Shown here: positions 42,150 to 55,597 of the stretch, piece after piece
Numbering within the stretch: the stretch's first letter is position 1
Layout: each line of letters starts with the position of its first letter
From: Eledone cirrhosa
Lineage: Eukaryota
Direction: 5' to 3'
DNA length: 64,000 bases
Assembly: GCA_964016885.1 (NCBI GenBank)
Contig: OZ024741.1
Coordinates: 228,966,001 to 229,030,000 of the forward strand
Position numbers and translations under genes: made by a program
Notes under the pieces: generated by a model
The model's database searches: none
Seen by the model: only the letters and a program-made list of their open reading frames with translations
Told to the model about the DNA's origin: nothing

Positions 42150-42335
42150 ATTCAGATAATTTCAGTTGTCATCGGAGCTTTGGGATCGAATCCACCATAA
42201 CTGAAAGGATATCTAATAGATCTTGAATCAGAAATTGCTTACCTCCAAAAGATTGCCGTGTTGGGCACTACTCAGGAAAGTACTGTCAGTCTAAGGTCCT
42301 TGTTGACACTCGACAGTAGAAGAACCAGTAATGAT
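42150..42335 (+). mobile_element. R4/Dong-like LINE 3' end fragment
   Basis: Translates as ISVVIGALGS...LQKIAVLGT, the RLE-LINE C-terminal motif also seen near 5550-5670. Confidence 0.6.
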
Positions 42336-42337
42336 AA

Positions 42338-42507
42338 TTGTTTCTACTTTTGGCACGAGGCCAGCAATTATTCCAGTGCATTACTGGTGCTTTATTTCAT
42401 CGACCCCGTAAGGATGAAAGGCAAAGTCAACCTCGGCGGGATTTGAACTCAGACCTTAAAGGGCCGTAACTCTATTCTACAAAGAATGGTGTCTGACGCT
42501 CTACCGA
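42338..42507 (-). mobile_element. SINE family 1
   Basis: Same core and B box as 37253-37439. Confidence 0.85.
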
Positions 42508-43191
42508 TAATAATAATTTATGTCTTTGCCAGACGGGCTACAGATGAAGAGAAGTTAGAAAGACCATCATCCGTCACGTTTGTTTCAAATAAAGAAATTA
42601 TTATATTAGATATTATTATTTATGAGAGTATATGTATTTATGCGGTTGTGTCTGCCTATGTGTGTGTGTTTACTGACTGTGGTAGGTCAACCATACCCCA
42701 TACTACACCCCTATACTCTACCTCCATGATTTACGAGCAGTTCCGTGTGGTTGCACACCTGGTATGTACTGGAGACTTTCACCTGCATTTATATTATGGT
42801 GGCGTTTAATGATGATGATGGAGGGGGGATGGTGGTAGTTGTAGTGAAGATTTTAAAAAGTGTGCCATCAAAGTGTTTCAGTGAAAATTAGTGACACAAA
42901 TACAGACAGGCCTTCATAGATGGAGCCAAACAGTTCGACACAGCACGAATCGAACATCGCAAGATGTCTTCTACCGCAGAACGTCTTCTACCGCGAGACA
43001 ACAAAGGACGGTTTCTCGACAAACTTGTGAATCGCATAATTCCTCTGTAATAAATCTTCGTGAATACATACTTTTCTGAAATACCGTGGTTGTGTAGGAA
43101 TATAGATAAATCTATTATACAATAGTCTATTTTTCATATTTAGTTCTTTCTTAATTGTGAACTGTTATGATACACAGATGGGAAACCTGTT

Positions 43192-43244
<53 letters not shown>

Positions 43245-43564
43245 CTTTTGCATGGGGAATTTAGATCGATTTTGACATAGGCACAGAAGCCAACGTGAAT
43301 TATCGATCTCGGCTCCTATGTACAGGGTTCCGATCTGAATATGTGTGTGTGTGTGATAGAAATTTTCACGAAAGCAACACGAGTCGATATATATATATAT
43401 ATTAGAATTGGAGCTCTAAAATAGCCATATATATATGAATGTATATATAGTGTATTTTGCAATACACTTTATGCTTAATTAAAAGCATTTTGAAGACCGT
43501 ATGCTATTGTTTTAGAGTAGTGACAGACTCATTTACTTTAATCTCAGCAAACAGGGGGAGATAA

Positions 43565-43610
43565 AGCCGACAAGGCCTTGTTTCTGCATTTGTTGGTGCT
43601 TATCAAGGCT
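43565..43610 (-). ncRNA. Hammerhead family H (U3-A8 core TTGATAA)
   Basis: Reverse complement: AGCC TTGATAA GCACcaacaaATGC A GAAAC AAGGCCTT GTC GGCT. Confidence 0.65.
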
Positions 43611-43819
43611 AACTACTCCCTCCCGTCTGCTGAGATCACTGATGTTATATTCTTATAGAATTCTAGTAAATAATCAGGAACTGATTATACAGAGCAGTTG
43701 CTGGTCAAGCAGAAATTAAAAATTAGAATTGGAGCTCTGAAATAGCCAGTTCCTGATTATTTACTAGAATTCTATAAGAATATAACATCAGTGATCTCAG
43801 CAGATGGGAGGGAGTAGTT

Positions 43820-43865
43820 AGCCTTGATGAGCATCAACAAATGCAGAAACAAGGCCTTGTCGGCT
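43820..43865 (+). ncRNA. Hammerhead family H (U3.G8 core TTGATGA)
   Basis: AGCC TTGATGA GCAT caacaa ATGC A GAAAC AAGGCCTT GTC GGCT; palindromic stem III. Confidence 0.7.
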
Positions 43866-44056
43866 TTATCTCCCCCTGTTTGCTGAGATTAAAGTATGTG
43901 AGTCTGTCACTACTCTAAAACGGTCTTCAAAATGCTTTTATTTAAGCATAAAGTGTATTGCAAAATACACTATATATACATTCATATATATATATAGCCA
44001 AAAGGGATATTTCAATGATATTAAATAAATGGGAACTATATTTATAAAACCACATT

Positions 44057-44118
44057 TATTCTATTATTATATATTTCAAGGGTACCAAAACTTTGGTACG
44101 CTCTCTTCAGATAAAATA
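44057..44118 (-). ncRNA. Hammerhead family B, intact core
   Basis: Reverse complement: TATTTTAT CTGAAGA GAGCGTACCAAAGTTTTGGTACCCTT GAAA TATATAA TA ATAGAATA. Confidence 0.75.
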
Positions 44119-44238
44119 CAAAGTTTGTTTTATAAATATTGACATAACCAGGAATAGGATCTTAAGAGTTCAAGTTATCCAGGAATAACTTGAACTGTTA
44201 AGATCCTGGTTATGTCAATATTTATAAGACAAACTTTG

Positions 44239-44299
44239 TATTTCATCTGAAGAGGAAGTACCAAAGTTTTGGTACCCTTGAAATATATATAATAGAATA
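44239..44299 (+). ncRNA. Hammerhead family B, inverted partner of 44057-44118
   Basis: TATTTCAT CTGAAGA GGAAGTACCAAAGTTTTGGTACCCTT GAAA TATATA TA ATAGAATA; palindrome centred near 44180. Confidence 0.72.
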
Positions 44300-44323
44300 A
44301 ATGTGTATATATATATATATATA

Positions 44324-44411
44324 ATTGGCACAAGGCCAGCAATTACCCAGTACATTGCTGGTACTTTATTTTATCGACCCCGTAAGGATGAAAGGCAAAG
44401 TTGACCTCGGC
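44324..44411 (-). mobile_element. SINE family 1 3' fragment
   Basis: GGCACAAGGCCAGC...GGATGAAAGGCAAAGTTGACCTCGG. Confidence 0.8.
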
Positions 44412-44784
44412 ATGACCTGAAGTTGATTGAATCGTAAAACAGTTTCACATTACCGATAATTGAAACAATTCGTTTGTATAATCGGTAACGTGAAACCCAA
44501 TGTTACGTTTTAAAAATGTTCAGCTTCTAATCAAATATACACTCCCTAATTTATGTACTGCCTTCCTTTTCTTCGTTTGTAAATACCTACTGTAACGAAT
44601 CCATATATATTTGTGAGCGTGTGTGTATAGGTGTCTGTGTGTGCATGTGTGTAAATATGTGTGTATGCGTATGTGAGTATGTTCTTGCATGAGTACCTAT
44701 GTGCATATATGTATGTATATGTGGGCGTGTGTATATGTATGTGTTTGTTACGTGTCTGGTTGTGTATACATGCATGTGTGGGAA

Positions 44785-45105
44785 GGCGCGTGGCTTTGTG
44801 GTTAGGGTATTCAGCTCACAATCGTAAGGTCGTGAGTTCGATTCCCGGTGGCACGTTGTGTCCTTGAGTAAGACACTTTATTTTACGTTGCTCCAGTCCA
44901 CTCAGCTGGCAAACATGAGTTATACCTGGAGTATGAAGGACCGGCCTTGTCACGCACTCTGTCACACTGAATCTTCCTGAGAACTACGTAAAGGGTACGC
45001 GTGTCTGTGGAATGCTCAGTCACTTGCACGTTAATTACACGAGCAGGCTGTTCCGTTGATCCGATCAACTGGAACACTCGTCGTCGTAACCGACGGAGTG
45101 CCTCA
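44785..45105 (+). mobile_element. tRNA-derived SINE (family 2, CORE-like centre)
   Basis: A box TGGCTTTGTGG, B box GAGTTCGATTCCC, then GTGTCCTTGAGTAAGACACTT. Confidence 0.8.
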
Positions 45106-45705
45106 TTTCCATATACGTGTGCGTATGTATGCTTGCAATTTTGTATGTGCGCATGCTTGTGGATGAGGGAATAAATTATGGTATTATAGTGCCAGATATA
45201 CAGAATTCTGTTACACAGAGATTCATGTCCTTTGCCCTTAAATATTGTTCGGAAGTAAACCACCTGGTAATGTTATAACAGCAAGAACTGTGTGAAAATT
45301 AATCAGAAAAAAATGGCATGAAATTCAGAAGAACGACGATGCCGTAAAATGGAGTTAAATCAGCATGTATCAAATATTCATTCTACTAAGATATTGAGTC
45401 CTATTTTCATTTGTGTTTACCACCAGGGTATATATAAAGCCACTTTCAAATTCACTACTACTAATTATATATGTAGTTACAGTGATAATGTTGACGATGG
45501 ATTTTGTAATGGCAACAGAGTTGGGAGTTGTTGTGGTAGTGCTGGCGGTGGTGATTTTCGTGCTCGTGATGGTCGTGGTAATGATGGTGGTATTTTGGCT
45601 CTATGTGGGTCAAAAATAACTTCGTGTTAAGGAGAAAAAAAATGACTATGCAACAAGGAATTACTCACAAACCATTTATCTGTCTGACTTTGTGTTAATC
45701 TACCT

Positions 45706-45750
<45 letters not shown>

Positions 45751-45853
45751 GAGAGAGAGAGAGAGAGGGGTGAGAGATGGGGAGGAGGAAAGACAAACAC
45801 ACCGAATAAAAGAAAGGGACAGGGACAGAGACAAATACATACATATATCTATA

Positions 45854-45893
<40 letters not shown>

Positions 45894-45932
45894 CAGGCAC
45901 ACACACACACATATATGCAGCTATATGAGTGC

Positions 45933-46040
<108 letters not shown>

Positions 46041-46439
46041 GTGTGAACTTATATATATATACGTGCAACACACACACTGGCGCGCGTTGTGTGTGTGTAT
46101 ATATATAAGTATGTATACTTGTATAAAATATCAACTCGAATACTTACTACGCTATTAATTTAGAAGGCAAAGAAATAGTTACCAGCCTAAAAATAGAGTA
46201 GAAACTTTAAAATTATATGAATTATACGTTACATTCAAAGATCATAAAGATAATTTCGTTAACAACTTGAAGCACAAATTAATTAAATACATACACACTA
46301 TTTTGTGTATTGTTTCACCATCTATACGATGTACTTCAAAAACCCACCATTTATTTTGAATAGCAATATGTGCGCAAAAATAGTAAGATTCGAGACATGC
46401 TGTATAATACATATATATATGTATATATATATATGAATA

Positions 46440-47215
46440 AATTTAGTCCTTCATCAGTGATCTTCCAACCATCATTGGTATTTCATCGCTTTAAAGACCA
46501 TATACCTCCGGTTGGTGCGAGCAACGGCTAAAAAACGTCGTTGGGACACGTAAATAAAGGGGACACGAGGGTGTAAACAAACAAAGATGGTGAAGCAACG
46601 AAAAGTGAGGAAGAAGGAGTCAAGTCCCAAATTTCCATGAATATAAGTTCGGTGAAATCGTGAACGAGAGAGAATAAAGACCATCAAACCTGGTTGGAAT
46701 GTGAGCAAGGAAGGAATTCCGTACAGGTCTAACGGGAGGAAGAAGGGATCTACTCTGTGACTTCGGTGAACGTAAGTTCTGTGAAATCGTAGACGAGAGC
46801 GAGAAAAAAAGCGACCTGCCTGACCAAGGGTGCGAAAGAAAAGAGCTACGCACAGGTCAAACGGGAAGAAGGAGGAGGAAGAGAGGTAGTAACAGAGAGT
46901 GAGTGAGTGAAGGGTGAGGAAGAGGCTAACAGAGAGAGTGACTGTTAGAGAGGGTAAAGATACAGAGAAAGAGCGGGGGAAAAAATATGTGTAAATATGA
47001 GAATAAACGTGCTGCGTGGTTGCTAATGGGTTACATATGAATAAAGTTAGTCCTTCATCAGTGATCTTCCAACCATCATTGGTATTTCATCGCTTTAAAG
47101 ACCATATACCTCCGGTTGGTGCGAGCAACGGCTAAAAAAAGTCGTTGGGACTCGTAAATAAAGGGGACACGAGGGTGTAAACAAACAAAGATGGTGAAGC
47201 AACGAAAAGTTAGAA
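46440..47215 (-). repeat. Family K partially tandem unit (46445-46615 repeated at 47048-47215)
   Basis: Direct repeat of ~170 bp. The minus strand carries the HHR 5' half TCA CTGATGA AGGACTA. Confidence 0.75.
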
Positions 47216-47282
47216 GGAAATTCAACAAATATAAATGTTTAGGATTCTGGAGTAAATATTCAATGATATTAAATATATATAT

Positions 47283-47472
<190 letters not shown>

Positions 47473-48224
47473 GGCTTCTACAGGACTCGAACTGTGGTTA
47501 CGCCCGATTGAACTCGATACGCACAACACACACACATATATACACATCTATAATATAAAGCTGACGGCCGTATGTAACAAACTCTTCGCCAAACGGCTGA
47601 ACCAAACAGCACCAAATTTGCACCATAGATGTAACTTTTTCCAAGAAAGTGAGGGTATTTTTGTCTACTAAATTTAGTTAAAAGATTAAAGTTATTTTAT
47701 TGTTTATTTAAATATTCCCTTCTTTAAAATGTTCAAATGTCAATACTTCCGGTTGGCGATCTCTCTCTTTCTTAGTCTGTCTTTTTAGATAGATACATAG
47801 CTATAACGTCGCACCCTTATGATATATGTCTGTATGTCTGGCTGTCTGCATTACGAAAACCATTCTTGGATATTTCCAAAAGCGAATGAAACCCTAAAAG
47901 GTAGAAACGTAATCCTGGTATATTTATATGCATTTTTTCTTCTAACTTTAATTGTATACCTAATTGTGTATGGTTGACGATATATTTAATCGATTTCCAC
48001 GTGCTATTGAAATGCTGGGTAAATATTCTATAGCTGTTGATCGCGAATAGATGGCTGTCTTTTATGTATCTATTATTTCTTCATAGGTGCCTTTTAATCT
48101 TATAGCCTGGTTTAATTGTTTTTTTGTGTGGTTGATTATGCTAATTGGGAGAGGAAATAGTGTATATATTTTATCAAATGATTCTATGGACATAATTTAT
48201 AGTACATATATATATATAGGGCGG

Positions 48225-50260
48225 GTAAAATTCCCGAGATCGCTGCCATGTCCTGCGTCTCCAACAGACCAGTGTCTGTCCTTAGGGCATCGGCATACGT
48301 TAACCTTGGTCTTCCTCTTCCAGTGTGTCCACGTAGGGGCTCCCACAGGAGCACTGAGTGCAATGTCAACTCTGGATGTCGGTGAGCATGTCCAGCTAAC
48401 CTCAGTGTCCAAGTCTCAGGCCCGTACAGCAGCACAGACTCCACTACAGCCATGAAGAGGCGGATTGTCAGGTCTTTACGAAGGTCCAACTTCCACACCG
48501 ATCTCAAGCTGTGGCACACCGCCCAGGCTTTGCTCTTCCTCTCAACCACATCATCTTCCGTATTCCCAATCTTTGCTCCCAAATACAGGAAGTCCTCAAC
48601 CAATTCTAGCGGCTTCCCGCCTATATTAGTGATTCCCCCTGGCTTCTCAACATTCTCTACCAGATATTTTGTTTTAGTATCATTCATTCTCAGCCTCACA
48701 CTCATCGACACAGTCTCAACCTCCTGCATCAAATCCTCTGCCTCCTTCACTGTATTTGTCACCAAAAGTATGTCGTCGGCAAATTCAGCATCCGATATAT
48801 TTTTCGCCTTAACTCTCCTGCTCTGAGCCGGTGCTCTAGTAAAGCCAGAATCCTGGTGTTTCTCCAGTGCAAGGCACATACAATAGTCCACTACGATGAT
48901 AAAAAGGTAGGGAGCCAATGTATCTCCCTGGAACACTCCAGCCAGTATCTCAAAGAACTCTGTCTTCCCATCAGGTGTAATGACTTGGGCTTTGGTGTTG
49001 GTGTAGAGCAGTGATATCAGGTTCACTATCTTCTTGGGGATTCCAAAAGCCTGTAAGATCTTCATTAGGCAGTGACGGTCCACAGAATCAAAGGCCTTGC
49101 TAAAGTCAATGAAAACCATGACCGCAGGAAGGCACTTTGCTCTAGCTCCCTCTAATATCCTCCTCAGCATCAGGATGTGACTGGTGTTTATTCTTCCCTC
49201 TCTGAAGCCGTTCTGTTTGTCCCTGAGCTTCTTCTCCATCTCAGGCTGGATCCTGTTAAGAATCATCCTGTTGAGGGTCTTTAACACAAGTGACGTCAGT
49301 GAGATCCCCCTGTAGTTGTTGGTGTTAGAGAGATCTCCCTTATTTGGCACTGGGACGATGTTACTGATCCTCCACTGATTCGGGGCAACTCCTTTCTGCA
49401 GTGCCTGGTTACAGAACCCCAGGATGATATCAAAATCATACCTCTTCATCACCTCTAATGCCACTCCATCTTCTCCATGAGCCTTGCCCTCCTTGATCTT
49501 CTTCTTGGCTCTCTGAAGCTCCTCTCTGGTGAAGGGCTCTGTCTCAATATCCATTTCTTCACACAGCCGCCTGATCTCCCCAGTGCTCTGGGCCGTGGAG
49601 GGCGGCTCTCCTAGTAGCGTCCTAAAATAGTCTAGCCATTTCCTCTTCCTATCCTCAGGCCCTGTTCCCTGGATCTGACTCGAACACCTTCTCTTCCTCC
49701 CTGTGATCTCGTTGATGATCATCCAGACCTGTCAACCGCTCTCTCCACGCTCTGATCTTCTCTATCAGTGCCTCCTCTCTGGCCTCAGTGGAAGCGGTAC
49801 AGAGTTCTTCCCTCATCGCCTCCACAGTCTACATCCTCTCCTCCGTAGGATAAGCATAGAATTGGTCCTTCGCAGCTTTCAGGTGTTCTCTGGCTGCACA
49901 CACTTTTGGGTCTGCAGAGCTGACGTGTTTCCTTTTGTTCTTTCTCCTCGGCACCAGGGTCTCACTTGCCTCCGTCACTGCATTGGTGAAGTGCCCGTAC
50001 CTCTTCGTCACACTCTCCTCGGTCCATCCAATCTCTCTCTCCTCTGTCTCTCCACACAGAGCACGGAACCTGTTCCTCACTTCCACTGTGAACCTCTCCT
50101 GTAGCTTAGCTTCCTTGAAAGCTCCCCAGTCATAGATTGCTCTCCGGGGCTGAGCCTTGCTCTTTCTTAAGCTCACCCGGACCTCACTCATAACAAGCCG
50201 GTGGTCACTACCCAGTGTACTGAAATAGTTGTATGGTTCTGTGTTCAGAACACTATTCCG
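48225..50260 (-). mobile_element. RTE-clade LINE, 5'-truncated
   Basis: ORF 48184-49722 RT (NYRGISL, QNGFR, FIDFSKAFDSV, GVFQGDTLAPYLF, FADD, FLYLG, LLYGPETW, GRGRPRLTY). 49829-50320 includes the APE end SDHRLV. Confidence 0.92.
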
Positions 50261-50284
50261 CCTCTTAATATATATTCGTGTACG

Positions 50285-50610
50285 TATTTTCAACAGTAAT
50301 ACTATACTATATATTTTCAACAGTCATACTGTACTATATATTTTCAACAGTGATACTATACTATATATTTTCAACAGTGATACTATACTATATATTTTCA
50401 ACTGTAATACTATACTATACTATATATTTTCAACAGTAATACTGTGCTATATATTTTCAACTGTAACACTATACTATACTATATATTTTCAACAGTAATA
50501 CTATACTATATATTTTTAACAGTAATACTATACTATATATTTTCAACTGTACTATATGTTTTCAACAGTCATAATATACTATACTATATATTTTCAACAG
50601 TAATACTATA
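50285..50610. repeat. 27-32-bp minisatellite
   Basis: About 11 units of TACTATACTATATATTTTCAAC(A/T)GT.A with no unique spacers. Confidence 0.9.
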
Positions 50611-50918
50611 CAACACAGACGGCTTATCGTCTGTTTATCCAAGCGGAGCTAGGTACGTCAGCTATATGTATATATATATGGATGTCGTAGAACACGCCAA
50701 TGGTAGCCGGGCGCCAGCCGCATGGGCCAGATAGTATATATATATAAAATAAAAAGCCGGGACTCGTTTGCTGAGCTCTTGCCGTTTCAACAGCTAGTTC
50801 CAAACGCTGGAAACGGCAAGAGCTCAGCCGACAGGCCATGACTCTCTATAATATAGCCATATTCTACTATCCCAAATATCAAGTACTCTGTTAAGTAATG
50901 GTATGGGTAGTTTTATCT

Positions 50919-50964
<46 letters not shown>

Positions 50965-50997
50965 ATAGAAATTGTTGTGAGCGTGAAGCCAACAGTA

Positions 50998-51031
<34 letters not shown>

Positions 51032-51046
51032 GTTTTAATATAGAAG

Positions 51047-51097
51047 AGCTTCTACAGGACTAGAACTGTTTCATTCGTGAGAAATCATCAGGAAGCT
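51047..51097 (-). ncRNA. Hammerhead family I
   Basis: Reverse complement: AGCTTC CTGATGA TTTC tcac GAAT GAAA CAG ttctagtc CTG TA GAAGCT; 6-bp stem I, monomer-type stem III. A related fragment lies at 47475-47496. Confidence 0.82.
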
Positions 51098-51424
51098 GGC
51101 TGTCCAAGTAAATGGTAGTATTTATGTCTTTCTTTATCTGGTAGTAGGATAGGGTGGGGATTGGGATGGGTATAGGCCATTGGTTGAAGGAGTTAAAAAA
51201 AGGGGTTCATTAAAAGCTAATTCTTTAAGTCTAAAATAAGGGTGACAATGGCAGAAAGGGTTCCATCAAGAGTCTCAAGTGTTGGGGTGAACCCCCTATA
51301 GTGAAGTTTTTCTTAATATATATTCCAGGTGTCGAAAACACATTCACACACGCGCCCACTTACACACGTACACACACAGTAAACATACATAATGGTACAT
51401 ACACACATACATATATACAAACGC

Positions 51425-51464
<40 letters not shown>

Positions 51465-51468
<4 letters not shown>

Positions 51469-52070
51469 TCTTTAGTTTCCACAAGGGCGCACAAGAAAAA
51501 GGAACAATACAAAGACACATGTCGGGATTTTACATTACATACAGTCATGTAAAAAAACAAACAAAAAAAACAATTATAACAATCGAAATCCCCGATAGGA
51601 GGGAAACGCCACAAATGGGTTGTTTAATACCCCGTCGATAGAACAACCCTCAACTTCAGGAGCGTGTTGTGCAAGCGCTCCTTCCTTCCTGTTGCTCTCT
51701 GCTTTAACCTACATGCTTATAAACAGAGAAGGCCCAATCACTCGGACCATTTTCGCTTCATTCACCCACCTTTCAGTAAATTTACTGTGGTGCAGTGCCT
51801 CTCTCTCCACCCTGATTCTCCTTCTAAAGTGATACTTAAAGAAGGGAATCAATTGTTGTCCGGAGAGAAAAGCATCTGTCCTCAGTCCTCTCAATCTCGT
51901 CCACCATATAACCTCATTCCCCCATAGCCACTGTACAGAGGAAAACCGCCTCTCTTTCGTTTTTGAAAGAGGCTGGCGGTTTGACCCTTACTATGGACTC
52001 GGCAGCCAACTGGATTTGTCCCATACGCGACAGCAGTTGTTCTGCATAGTTCCACAGGTCGCTTACGCCC
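51465..52070 (-). mobile_element. Tx1 LINE 3' fragment
   Basis: DLWNYAEQLL...AVFLCTVAM, FLSGQQLIPFFKYHFRRRIRVERE; ends CCCTTGTGGAAACTAAAGAAAC. Confidence 0.85.
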
Positions 52071-53376
52071 AGATAGATAGATAGATATTTATTTACGTAA
52101 AGTTCGGAGGGTATGTGCATAAACATTTACTCACGGTACTGTATTATTGCAGTATTGTTTAGCTCAATGTACGTAGACATAGCCGTTATATGCAAAAGAA
52201 ACCAAAGAACGCTTACATACTCAAACAGTCTTTATTCACTAATAATGTTTCATCCTCACCTTTAGGCAGGAATCATCAGAGCTCAACAAATACCGTGTTG
52301 AGTATAAACTCCACAATAACTTGGTCACAAAAATCAGAAAAAATGCTTGGGTTACTAATGCCAATCAGGCTTGGGTTACTATGCATCACTGCAAAATACC
52401 AAGGTACAATTGGATTCAACAAGATGAAGACACAGTAGATGAAGACACTCAAAATTGTAGAATGTAAAATTAAAAAGTGTGAAAGCATTAAAAAGTACGT
52501 AATAAATACATAAAAATGCATAAAAATACAGAAGAAATTCATAAAAAGTACATAAAGAAATACAGGCAAATGTTAAAACATAATATAAATTATGTTAAAG
52601 TAATAAAAAATATAAAAATAAAGATAAAAAATAATAATAGAGATAATATAATAAAATGAAATGAAGAAAAATAAAATAAAATAAAATAAAATCCAATAAA
52701 GAAAAGTAATTAAATAAAAATATACTAAAAATAAATTAAAATACAATAAATTAATATAAAAAAATATAATAAAATAATAATAAATGATAATAAAATAATA
52801 AAATTATATAATAATAAGATAAAATTAAATTAAAAGCATTAAAAATATTTAATAAATTGAGAAAAAGTTGTATTTTATGAGTCCTGAGAGAAGCAAGTAA
52901 TTATAAGCGCAGTTCAAAGCAACCCAAGCGAGTAGAATGTCAGTAGTCTATATACAGGCGTGAATAGATCATTTTGGTACATCACAAAGGATAAAGTAAT
53001 TCGAATGACCATCATACTATACATACACAAGGTATATCTGTGCGTACTCAGACTAGGTAGCTAATTGGTGTTCACAAGTATATAGAAAGGTATCACAAAG
53101 GCACAGGCCTCACTCAAGTAAATGTGGATAATCAGGCCTCACTCAAGTAAATGTGGTTAATATATGGTATTGCTGAGTGAAACAAGTAAATACATTCAAG
53201 GCATAAAAAGAAGCCATGCATAAGCAGATTTCGGTTAGTGTGCGATAGAATTTAAGCAGTCTCGATATATTAGTTTTTATAAGAGTTGTTATAAAGTTAG
53301 ATATATACACAGATATACACATACATATACACACACACACACACACACACATACATATACACACATATATACATAT

Positions 53377-53412
<36 letters not shown>

Positions 53413-54020
53413 GGTGGCTGTCAACTCGTTTTCGAGTACGGCCACTACTTTATATCCATGTAGGAGAACCCCTACCGATGCGCTGAACGAGTGTGACTTT
53501 TTAGTCCAGACAGCGATTTGAAAACTCTGGTACAAACACTACACTTGTGACAATTATTGACACATAGTGCTGGACCCATGGTCCCATGTGACGACAAGTG
53601 CAGAGATATCTCCAGATATAACGCAATGCCTGTGCCGTTAACCTTTTATAGTGAGCAAAGGCACTGCACAAAGCCAGTCCCACTCTCTTAACCAAGATGA
53701 TATTTACCAAAAAGAATAACAAGTCAACGTCATTGGATACCATCAGGGTTGCAGGTGTTATATCAGAGTTTTCCTTCTACAAGAATTCTGCCGTGACAAA
53801 GGCTAAGGGGTCATCTCTCCCGGTGATTTTGGATGGCCATTGACTCTTAAGAGCTCCTTTGCCCTTTGACAGGTTTTGTTTTTAGTCTTGCAGGATATCC
53901 AAAGTCACCCTCCTCACCAAGAAACCTCGGTGGGGTTGCCAGTTTAGTCACCAACGACCCGACCATGGGACATGTTGTACTGGGATACATGTTACCAGTA
54001 GCACCAACTGGTGACCTGAC
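53413..54020 (-). mobile_element. Bipartite RTE-derived retroposon, copy 3 (plus a 3' fragment at 54115-54192)
   Basis: Colinear with copies 1 and 2, same termini. Confidence 0.75.
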
Positions 54021-54401
54021 AATTATATATACATACATAGATACATACATATACATACATATACATACATATATACATACATACATAGACATACATATAC
54101 ATACATACATACATGGTGGCTGCCAACTCGTTTTCGAGTACGGCCACTACTTTATATCCATGTAGGAGAACCCCTACCGATGCGCTGAACGAGATATATA
54201 TATATTTATATATATACATACATATACACATACATCTACACACATATACACATATTTACATATACACATACACATACATATACATATACACACGCGCGCA
54301 CACACGCTCTCATTAAAATGAAGCCATTTCTATATAAATATTTATACTCCGCTATGTATTGAGTACCTTACTTGCTATGATTACCTCCGATTGAACCCGG
54401 G

Positions 54402-54446
<45 letters not shown>

Positions 54447-54458
54447 TATATATAATAT

Positions 54459-54509
<51 letters not shown>

Positions 54510-54533
54510 TATATATAATATATATATATATAA

Positions 54534-54583
<50 letters not shown>

Positions 54584-54597
54584 TATATATATATAAT

Positions 54598-54631
<34 letters not shown>

Positions 54632-54712
54632 GTGTGTGTACATGTTGGGGGGGGACACCCTATATATATATATATATATATAGGGTGCCCCCCCCCCAAC
54701 ATGTACACACAC
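54632..54712. repeat. Short palindrome centred on (TA)n
   Basis: GTGTGTGTACATGTTGGGGGGG.CACCC(TA)nGGGTG.CCCCCCCAACATGTACACAC. Confidence 0.85.
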
Positions 54713-54809
54713 TTTTATTAGAATGCTGTTGAAGTGTGTATATATGTATGTTTATGTGAGTGTGTATGCATGTACAGAGGCATTGATAGGATATATATGT
54801 AATATATAT

Positions 54810-54840
<31 letters not shown>

Positions 54841-54912
54841 ATATATATGTAATATATATAATATATATATATATAATATATATATATATATCATATATAT
54901 ATTATATATATA

Positions 54913-54957
<45 letters not shown>

Positions 54958-55019
54958 ATATTATATATATATATTATATATATATATATATTATATATAT
55001 ATATTATATATATATATAT

Positions 55020-55054
<35 letters not shown>

Positions 55055-55061
55055 ATATATA

Positions 55062-55171
<110 letters not shown>

Positions 55172-55244
55172 TATATATATATATATAGATATATATATAT
55201 ATATATATATAGATAGATAGATATATATAGATATATATATATAT

Positions 55245-55274
<30 letters not shown>

Positions 55275-55275
<1 letters not shown>

Positions 55276-55575
55276 AATTTCTTTATTAGCCACAAGGGCA
55301 CAAAAGAAGGAGACAAATACAAATGGGGAGTTTCATACAGGTATATGAAAATAAAACTATTAATAAAATAACAAATAACAATTGAAATCGCCAATAGGGG
55401 GGAGGCGTTACACAGGGGTTGTACACACCCCGAAAAAATGTACAACCCTCATCTCCAGGAGCACCAAGAGTGAGTACTCCCTTACTCTTTTTCTCATTTT
55501 CCTCAACCTACAGGCTTATATAGAGAGAAGGCCCAACTATTCGGGCCATCTTTGCCACGTTCGCCCACCTTTTAT
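55275..55575 (-). mobile_element. Tx1 LINE 3'UTR fragment
   Basis: Similar to the 3' ends at 51465 and 55605; ends CCCTTGTGGCTAATAAAGAAAT then (TC)n. Confidence 0.8.
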
Positions 55576-55597
55576 AAATAGATAGATAGATAGATAG

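Larger units (their letters stand above)
43427..43996. repeat. ~255-bp inverted repeat pair (43427-43683 / 43747-43996) carrying HHR family H
   Basis: Arms are near-identical reverse complements. The ~27-bp direct repeat ATTAGAATTGGAGCTCT.AAATAGCCA precedes each arm. Confidence 0.9.

Noticed and set aside
44785-44860. tRNA gene
   Set aside because: A and B boxes are present, but there is no closed acceptor stem and the sequence continues into a SINE body.
50285-50610. 27-32-bp repeats (and the 48-bp repeats at 14311) as a CRISPR array
   Set aside because: There are no unique spacers and no cas genes, and the context is eukaryotic; these are minisatellites.
52090-53300. AT-rich segment with a short tandem duplication (CAGGCCTCACTCAAGTAAATGTGG x2)
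   Set aside because: I see no coding, terminal or ribozyme signature; it cannot be classified from sequence alone.
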